Assembly (NCBI GenBank): GCA_963707985.1
Contig: CAVPRW010000016.1
Span: forward strand, 32,001 to 96,000
Length of the DNA: 64,000 nucleotides
Source of the DNA: an uncultured Nitrospinota bacterium
GTDB lineage: Bacteria > Tectomicrobia > Entotheonellia > J063 > CAVPRW01
Reading direction: 5' to 3'
Shown: in pieces, positions 11,777-22,153 of the stretch
Numbering within the stretch: position 1 is the stretch's first letter
Layout of the letters: each line of letters starts with the position of its first letter
Program-made: the position numbers and the translations under genes
Notes under the pieces: generated by a model
The model's input: only the letters and a program-made list of their open reading frames with translations
Databases searched by the model: none
What the model was told of the DNA's origin: nothing

Positions 11777-12082
11777 ATGGCCTATATCATCGCCGAACCC
11801 TGCATCGGCGTCAAGGACACCGCCTGCGTCAAGGTATGCCCGGTCGATTGCATCCATCCCACGTCGGAAGAGGGAGAATTCGACGACGCCGAGCAACTCT
11901 ACATCGATCCCGACACCTGCATCGACTGCGGTGTCTGTGAACCCGAATGTCCCGTCACCGCGATTTTTACGGCTGATGACACGCCGGACAAATGGCGCTC
12001 CTTCATCGAAAAGAATGCCGACTACTACAAGCTCGCGGGCGATGAATTCCAGTCCAAATGGGGTTCTGCCGGTAAAGAGTAG
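11777..12082 (+). CDS. Dicluster (7Fe-type) ferredoxin
   Basis: CIGVKDTACVKVCPVDCI and CIDCGVCEPECP motifs. Confidence 0.93.
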   Translation: MAYIIAEPCIGVKDTACVKVCPVDCIHPTSEEGEFDDAEQLYIDPDTCIDCGVCEPECPVTAIFTADDTPDKWRSFIEKNADYYKLAGDEFQSKWGSAGKE

Positions 12083-12184
12083 AAAGGGTTAACGTTCACC
12101 CCTCGTCAGGCTGGGCAGGGGGGAGCGGCTGATGGCTTGCTTCCCCCCTACTAGGCTGGTCAAAAACGGTCTCCCGACGAGCAC

Positions 12185-12868
12185 CTACCTCCCACCCATT
12201 TGTGGTGCCTCGTCATTGAGCCAGCCCTGTTGCCCGATGAGCGGGACGAACCGGCATCCTCCCAGACGTTCGACCCGTGGTCCCGTGCTCATCGCCGTTA
12301 AACGCATGAGCGTTTGCTCATGCCGATCTCCCACCGGAACGATCAGTCGTCCACCTGGCTTCAGTTGGTCGATCAATGCCGGTGGCACTTGTGGGGACGC
12401 GGCGGTCACGATTATGGCATCGTAGGGCCCATGCTCCGGCAGGCCCAAGCTCCCATCTCCCACGAGGACGTGGACGTTCATTATCCCAGCCATGGCCAGG
12501 GTAGCACGGGCTTGGACAGCCAACTCGGGGATGCGTTCGATCGAGAACACCACGAGCGCGAGACGGGCTAGGATCGCTGCCTGATAACCGGAGCCTGTGC
12601 CGATCTCCAGGACACGCTCATGGCCATGTAACTGCAACGCCGCAGTCATCATCGCTACCATCAACGGCTGTGAGATCGTCTGCTCATAACCAATCGACAG
12701 GGGCATGTCCTCGTAGGCCATGGCACGATGGCGTGCCGGCACAAAGAGGTGTCGTGGGATGTCACGCATCGCTTGGAGTACGCGTGGATCCTCGATGCCA
12801 CGCTGGCTCAGTTGCTGTGCCACCATGTTGTGACGGAGCTGAGTGCTGTCATCCACCATAGCCATCAC
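12185..12868 (-). CDS. pcm: Protein-L-isoaspartate O-methyltransferase
   Basis: QTISQP, VLEIGTGSGY, PYDAIIVTA, FVPLIG. Confidence 0.95.
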   Translation of the reverse strand: MMAMVDDSTQLRHNMVAQQLSQRGIEDPRVLQAMRDIPRHLFVPARHRAMAYEDMPLSIGYEQTISQPLMVAMMTAALQLHGHERVLEIGTGSGYQAAILARLALVVFSIERIPELAVQARATLAMAGIMNVHVLVGDGSLGLPEHGPYDAIIVTAASPQVPPALIDQLKPGGRLIVPVGDRHEQTLMRLTAMSTGPRVERLGGCRFVPLIGQQGWLNDEAPQMGGR

Positions 12869-12991
12869 TCATACGATACTCATACGAGGCGAGACACGCC
12901 GAGACTACAGAGGTAATTTTACCTGTGCGTCGTTTAAGATAGCAGAATCATCACCGGTCGCCAAGACGTGTGAGCCGGGTGGAACGGAAGA

Positions 12992-13693
12992 ATGATACAG
13001 CGGGCATTCTGTATGCTGGGCAGGGGGGAGGGTCTACCAATCCTCTGTCAGCACGGCACTCATTGGCGGGTGGTGAGATACCTCCGGAAGGAGGATGTAG
13101 TGATTTGCCTGGCATTCGTGGTGGGGCTGGTCGTCTGTGGGATCGTGTGTCGTGTCGCGCGTGCAGCCAGCGACAATCCCATGCAGTTCCACCTCATGCC
13201 GGCGGAAAGCCGCGTCTGGTTCGATGCGGATGCGCGCCTACACAGTTTCCGTGGAGAAACGCAACAGCTCACAGGTCGATTCACCATCCAAAGCCGCTCT
13301 CCACCTCAGCTCGCCGATGCCTCCGTGACCATTGGTGCGGCAAGCCTGGCTACGGGTCACCCCGAGCGGGATGCCGACATGCGCCGAGACTTCCTCGAAG
13401 TGGACCGCTTCCCGACCATCGAGTTTCGTGTGGACAAGCTGCTGACCCCGCAAGCTGCAGCGGAGGATGGGACCTGGGACCTGGTGCTGCAAGGAAAGCT
13501 CACGGTGCATGGGGTCACCCGCGATGTCAAGGTGCCGACAACCATCAGTATTGCCGACGGGCGCGTCACAGGTCGGGGACGAATCCACCTGGACATGCAG
13601 GAATACAACATTCGTGTGCCGCGGTTATGGCTCATCCCCATGAAGAGCGAGGTGCTCGTCGGCTTTGAGGTGGTCGCACGGTCGGTTCAATAG
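12992..13693 (+). CDS. YceI family polyisoprenoid-binding protein (start uncertain)
   Basis: SLATGHPERDADMR, FPTIEF, GKLTVHGVTRDV; hydrophobic N-terminal signal. Confidence 0.85.
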   Translation: MIQRAFCMLGRGEGLPILCQHGTHWRVVRYLRKEDVVICLAFVVGLVVCGIVCRVARAASDNPMQFHLMPAESRVWFDADARLHSFRGETQQLTGRFTIQSRSPPQLADASVTIGAASLATGHPERDADMRRDFLEVDRFPTIEFRVDKLLTPQAAAEDGTWDLVLQGKLTVHGVTRDVKVPTTISIADGRVTGRGRIHLDMQEYNIRVPRLWLIPMKSEVLVGFEVVARSVQ

Positions 13694-13697
13694 AGGC

Positions 13698-14246
13698 CTA
13701 GGGCTGCCAAGTCGTCTCGGGTATCTGTGCGCGCTGATTCACGACACGCGCCAACACAAAGAGTAAATCGGACAACCGGTTCAGATAGCGGACAATCTCG
13801 GGGTTGATCTCCTCCTCTCGACTCAACGTCACCACCTGGCGTTCGGCACGCCGGCAGACCGTGCGGGCGAAATGCAGGGCAGCTCCGGGCAACGAGCCGC
13901 TCGGGAGAATGAACTGCGTTAACGCTGGTAACCCTTCGGAATACTGATCGATCCATTCTTCCATGCGGGTCGTCTGCTCCTCGCGGGCACGAGGAATCTC
14001 TTTGCGGGTGGCCGCGCTCAGCGGGGTCGCCAGGTCAGCGCCCAGATCGAAGAGCTCGGTTTGGATGCGCCGCAAGCATTCCAGCACGTCGTCATTCGCC
14101 AGCTGGGCGCAGACCATGCCTAGACAGGCGTTGAGCTCATCCACGGTGCCGTAGGATTCGACGCGGGCCGCATCTTTGTAGACTCGGCCGCCAGCGAACA
14201 AACTGGTTTCCCCTGTATCGCCTGTTTTGGTGTAAATTTTTATCAT
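13698..14246 (-). CDS. PduO-type cob(I)yrinic acid a,c-diamide adenosyltransferase
   Basis: KIYTKTGDTGET, YGTVDELN, RTVCRRAER, YLNRLSD. Confidence 0.95.
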   Translation of the reverse strand: MIKIYTKTGDTGETSLFAGGRVYKDAARVESYGTVDELNACLGMVCAQLANDDVLECLRRIQTELFDLGADLATPLSAATRKEIPRAREEQTTRMEEWIDQYSEGLPALTQFILPSGSLPGAALHFARTVCRRAERQVVTLSREEEINPEIVRYLNRLSDLLFVLARVVNQRAQIPETTWQP

Positions 14247-14649
14247 GAGGCCCTCCCTTGTGGGTCATTCTCTACGATGCATCACCTACCGATGGCCTGC
14301 ACCTTTCCTGGTAGGAATCCTCTGAGTCGCAGTCAACACCTTCTGCCTCAGCGGCCCAGGGACCGTGATAGAGCTCTCTATTGCGGCTTTCCCTTGCCAG
14401 GCGCAGGGTAGTATCAGTATAATGCAGCTCTGTATCCGAGCCAATATACGCTACTTCATTACTAAACCGCGGAGTGGCTCTCGGGCGATCTGGCCATGTT
14501 GGCCATCGCGCAGCGGTGGCCGCATGAATCAAGGTGGCTCCGATTATAACGCGTTTTGCAGGGAATGTTGACAGCAGGCCACGTGACGGTGATGCGCCAT
14601 GGAAACCACGGCGAGGATCGTTTCATGACGAGACAAGGGGAGGATACTC

Positions 14650-15225
14650 ATGGCATACTCTGCCAGAAGCTGGACGCTTGATTTGAAAGGCCTCAGCAAG
14701 GATCAGCTCGACGTGCATTTCGCCCTGTACCAAGGCTATGTGACGAATACCAACCGCCTGAACGACACCATCGCCCAGATGATCAAGGATGGTAAGAATA
14801 ATACTCCCGACTGTGCCGAATTGAAGCGCCGCCTGGGCTTTGAGTATAACGGCATGGTCCTGCACGAATACTATTTTGATAACCTGCAATCGACCGCCCC
14901 CTTGAGCAAAGATGGTGCGTTGTACAAGAAGCTCCAGGAATGCTATGGCAGTTACGAAACCTGGGAGTCGGATTTCAAAAACACCGGGCTCATGCGCGGT
15001 ATCGGCTGGGCGATCATGTTTCAGGATCCCAACACCAAAGCCCTGTCCAATCACTGGGTTGGCGATCACGAGGTCGGACACATCGCTGGCTTTAAGCCGG
15101 TGTTGATCATGGATGTGTGGGAACATGCCTACACCGTCGATTTCAAGGCGACCGAACGCGCAAAGTATATCGATGCGTTCATGGGCAATATCAATTGGGA
15201 CACGGTGTCCAAGCGCTTTGGCTGA
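14650..15225 (+). CDS. Fe/Mn superoxide dismutase
   Basis: Metal ligands in DVH, LHEYYF and DVWEHAY. Confidence 0.92.
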   Translation: MAYSARSWTLDLKGLSKDQLDVHFALYQGYVTNTNRLNDTIAQMIKDGKNNTPDCAELKRRLGFEYNGMVLHEYYFDNLQSTAPLSKDGALYKKLQECYGSYETWESDFKNTGLMRGIGWAIMFQDPNTKALSNHWVGDHEVGHIAGFKPVLIMDVWEHAYTVDFKATERAKYIDAFMGNINWDTVSKRFG

Positions 15226-15254
15226 GCGTGAACGGGGTGGGTCGTAACCCACCC

Positions 15255-15312
15255 TCTGCCTGAGAGCTCTCGTGGAGCCTCGGGCAGAGCGACGTCGGTT
15301 GGAGACATAACC
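15255..15312 (+). promoter_or_regulatory. Putative rpsB (S2) autoregulatory leader
   Basis: Stem-loop CTCTGCC...GGCAGAG followed by TGGAGACATAACC, resembling the GGAGGCATAACC element of the E. coli rpsB/t44 leader. Confidence 0.5.
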
Positions 15313-15329
15313 AAGGGAGGAGAGACAGT

Positions 15330-16157
15330 GTGGCGACCGTAACCTTGCGGCAGTTGCTGGAAGCTGGGACGCATTTTGGGCACCAGACGCGGCGCTGGAA
15401 CCCCAAGATGAAGCGGTATATCTACGGCGCGCGCAACGGCATCTACATTATCGACCTGCAAAAGACCCTGCGGCAATTGCGCCAGGCCGCCGGTGTCGTG
15501 CGGCGCCTAGCCGCCGATGGGGGGACTTTTCTGTTCGTCGGCACCAAGCACCAGGCCCAGGAAGCCGTCACCGAGGAGGCCCAGCGGTGTGGCATGTTTT
15601 ATGTGACCGAACGCTGGTTGGGCGGTATGCTCACGAATTTCGCCACCATCCGTCAGCGCATCCAGCGACTGCAGGAATTGGAGCACATGGAAGCAGAGGG
15701 CCAGCTCGAGCTGCGCCCCAAGAAAGAAGCCATGCAGTTGCGCAAGGAGCGGCAGAAGCTCGAGCGTTTCCTGCTAGGCATCAAGACGATGGACCGCTTG
15801 CCGGATGCCCTCTTCGCCGTTGATACCCGCAAGGAACGGATTGCCCTCCGTGAGGCCAGACGCTTGGGCATCCCCACCATTGCCATTGTGGATACGAATT
15901 GCGACCCGGGGGATGTCGATTACGTCATTCCAGGCAATGACGAAGCCATCCGTTCGATTCGGTTGATTACGGGAACGCTCGCCGATGCCATTCTGGAAGG
16001 TGGAAAGGCCCATGAACCCGAGCTGATCGGCGTGAACCGACGCTCACAAGCCGCCGAGGCCCAGGCGCAGCTGACTCAGGAGGGGAGCTATCTGGGAGGT
16101 GAGGTGGCCGATGTCGCTACGGAGTCCGTCGGTGAGGACTCCAGCAACGTGTCATAA
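15330..16157 (+). CDS. rpsB: 30S ribosomal protein S2
   Basis: [42 protein letters not shown]. Confidence 0.97.
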   Translation: MATVTLRQLLEAGTHFGHQTRRWNPKMKRYIYGARNGIYIIDLQKTLRQLRQAAGVVRRLAADGGTFLFVGTKHQAQEAVTEEAQRCGMFYVTERWLGGMLTNFATIRQRIQRLQELEHMEAEGQLELRPKKEAMQLRKERQKLERFLLGIKTMDRLPDALFAVDTRKERIALREARRLGIPTIAIVDTNCDPGDVDYVIPGNDEAIRSIRLITGTLADAILEGGKAHEPELIGVNRRSQAAEAQAQLTQEGSYLGGEVADVATESVGEDSSNVS

Positions 16158-16264
16158 AGCAGGGGCAAGGCCTGTGAGAGCTCCTGCCCCTGAAGGTGTG
16201 CCGCAAACGCTGCACCGATGCATGCCGCTGGGGAGGCATCGTCTGCTCCCCGCGCCAAAGACGG

Positions 16265-17434
16265 CTATGAAGACACAGGAGCAGTGCTTGCGCCCTCGCG
16301 CTTGCCGAAAAACGCCTGCAAGGCTTGGTAGACGTCTTCTTTCTGCTTGATGGCGGTCGTGACAAAACGCGGATGGGTGATGCCGCTGAGCTCTTGGTGC
16401 AAAGTGCTCCATGCCGGATTGAAGGACTTCACCCAACCGTAGAAGGTGGCTTCATCGCGATAGCGGATTTCGCCATAACCTACCATGGTGGTGTGGTCAA
16501 GAAGCTCAGTGACCAGCTCCTGACAACGTCGATTGTCTTCCTCCCAGTTATCACCATCGGAGAAGTGAAACACGTAATTATTCCACTGCGACTTAGGGTG
16601 GGTCTTCTGGATATGCTCCAACGCCACGCGATAAGCGGAAGAGCACAGCGTGCCGCCGCTGTTGCTGATGGTGAAAAAATCGTGCTCGGGGACGATCTGG
16701 GCCTCGGTGTCGTGGGCAATGAATATGGTATCCACGGTTTTATATTTGAGGCGAAGGAAGCGGACCAGCCAAAAGAAAAAGCTCTTGGCGATATACTTCT
16801 TTTCGGTGGTCATCGAGCCACTACGATCCATCAAGAGATACACCGCCGCGTTGGAGTGATACTCCTCGCGCGCGCTCCATACCTTGAAACGCAGGTCGGC
16901 GTCGCGAAACGCCCCGACCTTCGGTTCTCTATGGGCGGCATGGCGTTTGAGGTTTTCGAGCAAGGTGCGCTTCTTGTCGATATTGGCCATCGAGCCTTTC
17001 CGCCGCACCTCGTCGAAGGTGTAGGTGGTAGTGGTGATCTCCTGCTGATCTTTCTCCTCGAGCCACGGCAGCGCCAGGTCCTCTAACATCATGCGCGTCA
17101 GCTCTTCTACCGAGATTTCGGCCTCATAGACCTGCTCGCCCGGCTGATCTCCCGGCTGCTCGCTGCCGTCACCGCGTTCGCTATCGCGCGCAATGACATC
17201 ACCCACGTGGCCCTTCCCCTGTCCAGTCCCACTCCCCATCTGGCCAAAGCGGAAGCGGTACTGATCGAGGTAGCGCAGGGGGATTTTCACCAGCTTCCGA
17301 CCGTCGGAGGTGATGATATTCTCCTCGGCGATGAGCTCCTTGAGGTTTTTGCGAATGGCCTCCTTGACGCGCTTGTCGTGGCGGATGCTATCTTTGAGGG
17401 CCCGCCGCCTCAGGTCCCACGGGATTTCTGACAT
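16265..17434 (-). CDS. YhbH/YeaH (DUF444) vWA-containing protein
   Basis: MDRSGSM MIDAS motif, SGGTLCSSAY, HFSDGDNW; directly downstream of prkA. Confidence 0.9.
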   Translation of the reverse strand: MSEIPWDLRRRALKDSIRHDKRVKEAIRKNLKELIAEENIITSDGRKLVKIPLRYLDQYRFRFGQMGSGTGQGKGHVGDVIARDSERGDGSEQPGDQPGEQVYEAEISVEELTRMMLEDLALPWLEEKDQQEITTTTYTFDEVRRKGSMANIDKKRTLLENLKRHAAHREPKVGAFRDADLRFKVWSAREEYHSNAAVYLLMDRSGSMTTEKKYIAKSFFFWLVRFLRLKYKTVDTIFIAHDTEAQIVPEHDFFTISNSGGTLCSSAYRVALEHIQKTHPKSQWNNYVFHFSDGDNWEEDNRRCQELVTELLDHTTMVGYGEIRYRDEATFYGWVKSFNPAWSTLHQELSGITHPRFVTTAIKQKEDVYQALQAFFGKREGASTAPVSS

Positions 17435-17436
17435 GG

Positions 17437-19341
17437 TTACTTCTCCCGCGCCAGCAAGCTACTCACGTATTTCAGCAGCTCGTTGGCACATTCGGCGCAA
17501 TAGCTCTCCTTGCGCACGAGGGTGTCGACCACCTCGTTGATCTTGCGGAGTTGATCCTGATCCGGATTACGCGTCGACACGGTCAACTTGATCGTATCCC
17601 GCCGTTCCTCGAAGAGCTGTTTTTCGATGGCTTCTTTCAGTTTTTCATGCGTCGTGTAGTCGAAGTGTTCGCCGCGCCGCTGGGCCATCGCCACCTTGCG
17701 AAAGATCTCGTTGCGGAAGGCGTCTTTGCCGCTTTCGGGAACTTTCACCTTGTCCTCGATGGAGCGCATCAGCTTCTCATCGGGCTCGCGCTCTTCCTCC
17801 GTCAGGGGATCGATGAGTTTCTTGTCGTCGAGATAGGCCTCGACGTTGTCGAGATAATTGTCGAGCAAGGTCAAGGCTTCCTGCTCGAAGGACACAAAAA
17901 AGGCCTTCTGCACGTCGTTCCTGGCGATTTCGTCGTATTCGCGGCGCACGTCGGCGATCAAATTATCGAGCTTCTCCCGGTCCTCACGCTTGAACGCGCT
18001 GTACGTATCGAAGCCATCCTTGATGGCGCGTAAGACGTCGATGGGATTGATGCACTTGGTATTGGGCCGGATCAGCGAGGAGGAGATGCGGTTGATGACA
18101 AAGCGCGGCGAGATGCCATCCATGCCCTCGCGCTCGGTCTGGGCTTTGATCAGCTTGATGTCCTTTTGCCGGAAGCCCTCGACCTCCTGCCCATCGTACA
18201 GGCGCATTTTCTTGACCAGCGTCAGCCCCGCCATCTTCGGCTCTTCCAGGCGCGACAGGACGGCGAACATGGCGGCCACCTCCAGCGCATGCGGCGCGAT
18301 GTGAATCGTGCCGAGGCTGGCCCGTTTCAAGAGCTTCTCATAGATGTTCACCTCCGCGGAGGCGCGCAGATTGTAGGGCATCTGCACCATGATCATGCGA
18401 TCCTGCAGCGCTTCGGATTTCTTGTCGGCCAGAAATTCTTTGAACTCGGCCTCGTTGGTGTGGGCGATGACGAACTCATCGGCATAGATCAGCGAGAAGC
18501 GGCCGGTCTTGATGTTCTTCTCCTGGGTGAGCGTGAGGAGGATATAGAGAAAGCGCTCGTCGGCCTTGAGCATCTCGATGAACTCGATCATGCCGCGGTT
18601 GGCGATGTTGAGCTCGCCGTCGAAGCGATACGCCCGCGGGTCGGATTCCGCGCCGAATTCGCCGACGGTGGCCAGATCGATGCTGCCCACCAGCTCGGAG
18701 ATGTCCTGACTTTTGGGATCCGACGGCACGAAGGTGCCGATGGCCGTCCGATCCTTTTCCGAAAAGAAGATGCGCTGGACCGGCACGCGGTAGATGTCCT
18801 TGTCGTATTTGTCCCGGAGATTGAGGGCACACATCGGACACAGCTCGCCCTCGATGTAGATGCCATAGTCATCCAGGAGGTCCTGCCGCAGCGGGTGCGG
18901 GATGAGATGCAGGGGATTTTCATGCTGTGGACAATCGCGTGATGGCATAGACGGCGCCAGCCTCGTGTGGGTGAATTCCTCCAGGCCACGTTTGAGCAAA
19001 ATGACCAGCTGACTCTTCCCTGAAGACGGCGGCCCATAGAGCATTAAGATGCGCTTCCCGACCTCAGACCCCATGGCAGCTGCTTTGAGGTATTCCACCA
19101 CTTTCGCCAGCGCGTCGTCAATCCCAAAGAGTTCCCGTGCGAAGAAGTGGAAGCGTTCATTCCCCTGGTCGTCTATGTCCACACCGTAGGAGCGGACCAT
19201 ATCGTAGATGCGAGCATGGGCCAGTTGCGCGAGCTTGGGGTTCTCAAGCACCATCGGGAGATAGTCGCGGAAAGTGCCTTCCCAATGACTCACACGAAAT
19301 TTCTGGGTGTGTTCATCGATCTTTCTGAAGATGTCGTCCAT
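17437..19341 (-). CDS. prkA: PrkA/YeaG family AAA+ serine protein kinase
   Basis: GPPSSGKS Walker A, SDPRAYRFDGELNIANRG, AHTNE, GMDGISPRF. Confidence 0.93.
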   Translation of the reverse strand: MDDIFRKIDEHTQKFRVSHWEGTFRDYLPMVLENPKLAQLAHARIYDMVRSYGVDIDDQGNERFHFFARELFGIDDALAKVVEYLKAAAMGSEVGKRILMLYGPPSSGKSQLVILLKRGLEEFTHTRLAPSMPSRDCPQHENPLHLIPHPLRQDLLDDYGIYIEGELCPMCALNLRDKYDKDIYRVPVQRIFFSEKDRTAIGTFVPSDPKSQDISELVGSIDLATVGEFGAESDPRAYRFDGELNIANRGMIEFIEMLKADERFLYILLTLTQEKNIKTGRFSLIYADEFVIAHTNEAEFKEFLADKKSEALQDRMIMVQMPYNLRASAEVNIYEKLLKRASLGTIHIAPHALEVAAMFAVLSRLEEPKMAGLTLVKKMRLYDGQEVEGFRQKDIKLIKAQTEREGMDGISPRFVINRISSSLIRPNTKCINPIDVLRAIKDGFDTYSAFKREDREKLDNLIADVRREYDEIARNDVQKAFFVSFEQEALTLLDNYLDNVEAYLDDKKLIDPLTEEEREPDEKLMRSIEDKVKVPESGKDAFRNEIFRKVAMAQRRGEHFDYTTHEKLKEAIEKQLFEERRDTIKLTVSTRNPDQDQLRKINEVVDTLVRKESYCAECANELLKYVSSLLAREK

Positions 19342-19392
19342 CGACTCCCTCCTCGCCGCGTCTCCCGGCCCAGCGGGCGATGAGCCCCGCAG

Positions 19393-19407
19393 GCTTGCCT
19401 GGTGCCA
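19393..19407 (-). promoter_or_regulatory. Possible sigma54 -24/-12 promoter for prkA
   Basis: TGGCACCAGGCAAGC has GG-N10-GC spacing but lacks TT before GC. Confidence 0.3.
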
Positions 19408-19897
19408 ACTCGAGCACCACAGTCCGTAAAACCGTAATTTTACAGACGATCGGGAGATATTGTATTATCTATCACTCTAAGGTCTCAACACACCCATGTC
19501 AAGGACATTCGGTGCTTTGAGGACGGCTTCTGACGTGGATATGACAGACGAAACTGTCGTGACGATTTATGAGGTAAACCTCCTTACTGGCCTCATGGTG
19601 CCGTCCGTAAAGGGATGATGATACAATATAGATAATGAAGATCAACAACATAGATATGATCCGATCAATGAGAATCAGCAATACTTTAACAGTGTGCTGG
19701 TAAGTCGGCACGATCCGGATTGGTATAGCTCAATGGCCGCGCCTGGGACTTGACGATCCGAGGCAAGTTGGCGAATAATGCAGGGCTCGTGAGGTCTGAT
19801 GTTCGTGCCCGGTAGTCGCCCTAGCCCGACGACGATGGGCGCGTGGTACAAAACTGCCTTGCCGATGCCGGTGAAGACCCGATGCTGCGGAGTGTTT

Positions 19898-20449
19898 ATG
19901 TGGCGTGAGGCAATTCAGCGGGTGCTCATCTCGGAAGCCGAGCTGAGCTGTCGTATTCAGGCCCTTGGCAGAGCTATTGCCATGGACTATCAGGGCAGAG
20001 AGCTCGTGTTCGTCGCTGTGCTCAAGGGCGCACTGATATTCAGCGCCGACCTGGCACGGGCGGTCGACTTACCGCTGACGATCGATTATATCGCCCTTTC
20101 CAGCTACGGCAATCGCCATATGTCGTCGGGTCGGGTCCGCATCCTCAAAGATCTGTCCGAAAGCATTACCAACAAGCACGTGTTGATTGTCGAAGACATT
20201 GTCGATACGGGCCTTAGCCTCGCATACCTCCGCAACCACCTCATATCTCACCATCCAGCGGACGTGAACGTCTGTGCTCTCCTCGATAAGCGCGCCCACC
20301 GTCAGGTTGAGGTGCCGATCAAATACACTGGCTTTGACGTGCCGGATGCGTTCGTGGTCGGCTATGGCCTGGATTACCAGCAGCGCTACCGCAACCTCCC
20401 CTTCATCGGTATCCTCCACCCAGAGGTCTTCGCGCCAGCGCCCCGATAG
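19898..20449 (+). CDS. hpt: Hypoxanthine phosphoribosyltransferase
   Basis: VLKGA, LIVEDIVDTG PRPP motif, FVVGYGLDY. Confidence 0.95.
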   Translation: MWREAIQRVLISEAELSCRIQALGRAIAMDYQGRELVFVAVLKGALIFSADLARAVDLPLTIDYIALSSYGNRHMSSGRVRILKDLSESITNKHVLIVEDIVDTGLSLAYLRNHLISHHPADVNVCALLDKRAHRQVEVPIKYTGFDVPDAFVVGYGLDYQQRYRNLPFIGILHPEVFAPAPR

Positions 20450-20681
20450 GGCTGACGGTGATCGGCAGCCAGCGCCCCGCCAGCCTGGCAGGGGCCAGAT
20501 CGGCCAGGGTCGAAAACCAGTGTCTGACAAGGGCTAAGCGCCTTGACAGGATGTTTACCGGCATGCTATACGAGAATCTGCGCCAGCCATCCTGGCCTTC
20601 TCTCCTTCACACCGCCATAGCCAGGGCGGCGGGCACCGCCTTCAACGCCATCGCGCTAGCAGGCATGGGAGGATCAGCATC

Positions 20682-21119
20682 GTGGTCGAATTCGATCGAA
20701 GTGCCTTGGGAGTGGAGTCCGCTCCGGTGAGCTACGACGTGGAAAAGGGAGCCATTCGCAAGTTTGCTGAGGCAATTGGGGACGAGGATCCCATCTACCT
20801 CGATGAACAGGCCGCGCAGGCCGCTGGCTTCAAAACCATCATCGCGCCACCCACGTTTTTATGTACCTTCCGCGCGCAGGAATTGCCCGATCTGAAGCTC
20901 CAATATGGCCGGGTGCGCCTCAATGGTGGCAACGAATATGAGTATTACCAACCGATCTACGCCGGAGATACCATTACGCTGACCGCCAAATACGCCGACG
21001 TCAGCGAACGCAGCGGTCGCACCGGCAGCATGGTGTTTGTCATCACCGAGCTTACTTTCAAGAACCAACACGGTGAAGTGGTCGCCAAAGGCCGGAATAC
21101 CGGCATCATGCGTGACTAG
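20682..21119 (+). CDS. MaoC-like dehydratase, N-terminal-type hotdog subunit
   Basis: IRKFAEAIGD, APPTF, YYQPIYAGD. Confidence 0.85.
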   Translation: MVEFDRSALGVESAPVSYDVEKGAIRKFAEAIGDEDPIYLDEQAAQAAGFKTIIAPPTFLCTFRAQELPDLKLQYGRVRLNGGNEYEYYQPIYAGDTITLTAKYADVSERSGRTGSMVFVITELTFKNQHGEVVAKGRNTGIMRD

Positions 21120-21133
21120 CGAGGATATGACCT

Positions 21134-21571
21134 ATGGCCAAACGACCGGTCTACTACGATGACCTGAACGTTGGGGATGCGCTTCCCATCCTGATGAAGG
21201 AGCCCACTACCAGGCAATTGGTCAAATACGCAGGGGCCTCAGGGGATTATTATGAGATCCATTACGATCATCATTTCGCTGTGAATGCCGGCTTGAAGGA
21301 TGGCGTCATCGTGCATGGGTTGCTCACCGCCGGGTGGCTGGCACAAATGGTAACGGATTGGCTGCCATCGCCGACGGCGCTGAAAAAATTCGGCGTGAGC
21401 TACCGCGCCATGGCGCGGCCGGGTGACACGATTAGCTGTAAGGGTACAATCACTAACAAATACGACAAGGACGGCGAGTACCTCGTCGACTGCGAGATCT
21501 ATGCTGAAAATCAGCGTGGCGAAAAGTGTGCCATCGGTCACGCCACGGCTGCCCTGCCGACGCGCGTCTAG
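21134..21571 (+). CDS. MaoC family dehydratase
   Basis: YAGASGDYYEIHYD hydratase motif, VHG. Confidence 0.88.
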   Translation: MAKRPVYYDDLNVGDALPILMKEPTTRQLVKYAGASGDYYEIHYDHHFAVNAGLKDGVIVHGLLTAGWLAQMVTDWLPSPTALKKFGVSYRAMARPGDTISCKGTITNKYDKDGEYLVDCEIYAENQRGEKCAIGHATAALPTRV

Positions 21572-21608
21572 CACCCGTAGCCCGTCTTCCCTCCCCACTC
21601 AGGCCCGT

Positions 21609-21635
21609 CCTTCCCATCCTCGGAGGATGGGAAGG
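21609..21635. terminator. Perfect 12-bp hairpin (terminator or REP-like)
   Basis: CCTTCCCATCCT-CGG-AGGATGGGAAGG downstream of the MaoC pair; no U-tract. Confidence 0.4.
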
Positions 21636-21671
21636 TCACAGCGCTTTGCCTACAGGTGGAGGCATATCTTG

Positions 21672-22100
21672 ATGCGCAAGGTATGGCCCTATTTGATCAT
21701 TTTGAGTGTGTGTTGGATACCATACCGCATGGCTACGGCGCAGCCAACGTCGATACCAATCGGTCGGTTCCAACTGGTCTCGGTATCAGCCGGCCAGCAA
21801 TCGGGTGTCTTCCTGCTTGACACGGCCACGGGCTGCACCTGGCAGTTGGGTGCCAACCCTGACACCAAGCGCCTCACGTTTATCGAGATGGATGTAGAAA
21901 ATCTGCACTGGAGTTGGGGGAGCGGGGCCCAACAAAAATTAGCCCAGAAAATCGATGAATCCAAGCTCCCCGAGGAACAGAAAGCCCTGCTCAAGCAGGA
22001 GTTACAAAAAACTGCCTGCGGCTGGACACCTGTCGTTCCCATACCATCATCGGCTGGCTCCCCTGCTACTCCAGAAGCGACACCAGCGAGAAAGCGCTAA
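21672..22100 (+). CDS. Hypothetical secreted protein
   Basis: Signal-peptide-like N-terminus, GRFQLV..FLLDTATGCTW motif; GGAGG RBS. Confidence 0.6.
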   Translation: MRKVWPYLIILSVCWIPYRMATAQPTSIPIGRFQLVSVSAGQQSGVFLLDTATGCTWQLGANPDTKRLTFIEMDVENLHWSWGSGAQQKLAQKIDESKLPEEQKALLKQELQKTACGWTPVVPIPSSAGSPATPEATPARKR

Positions 22101-22153
22101 GGCCACGCACGTCATGGCGAATGTTTGGCCTTCGACCATTGCCGCCTACGAGG

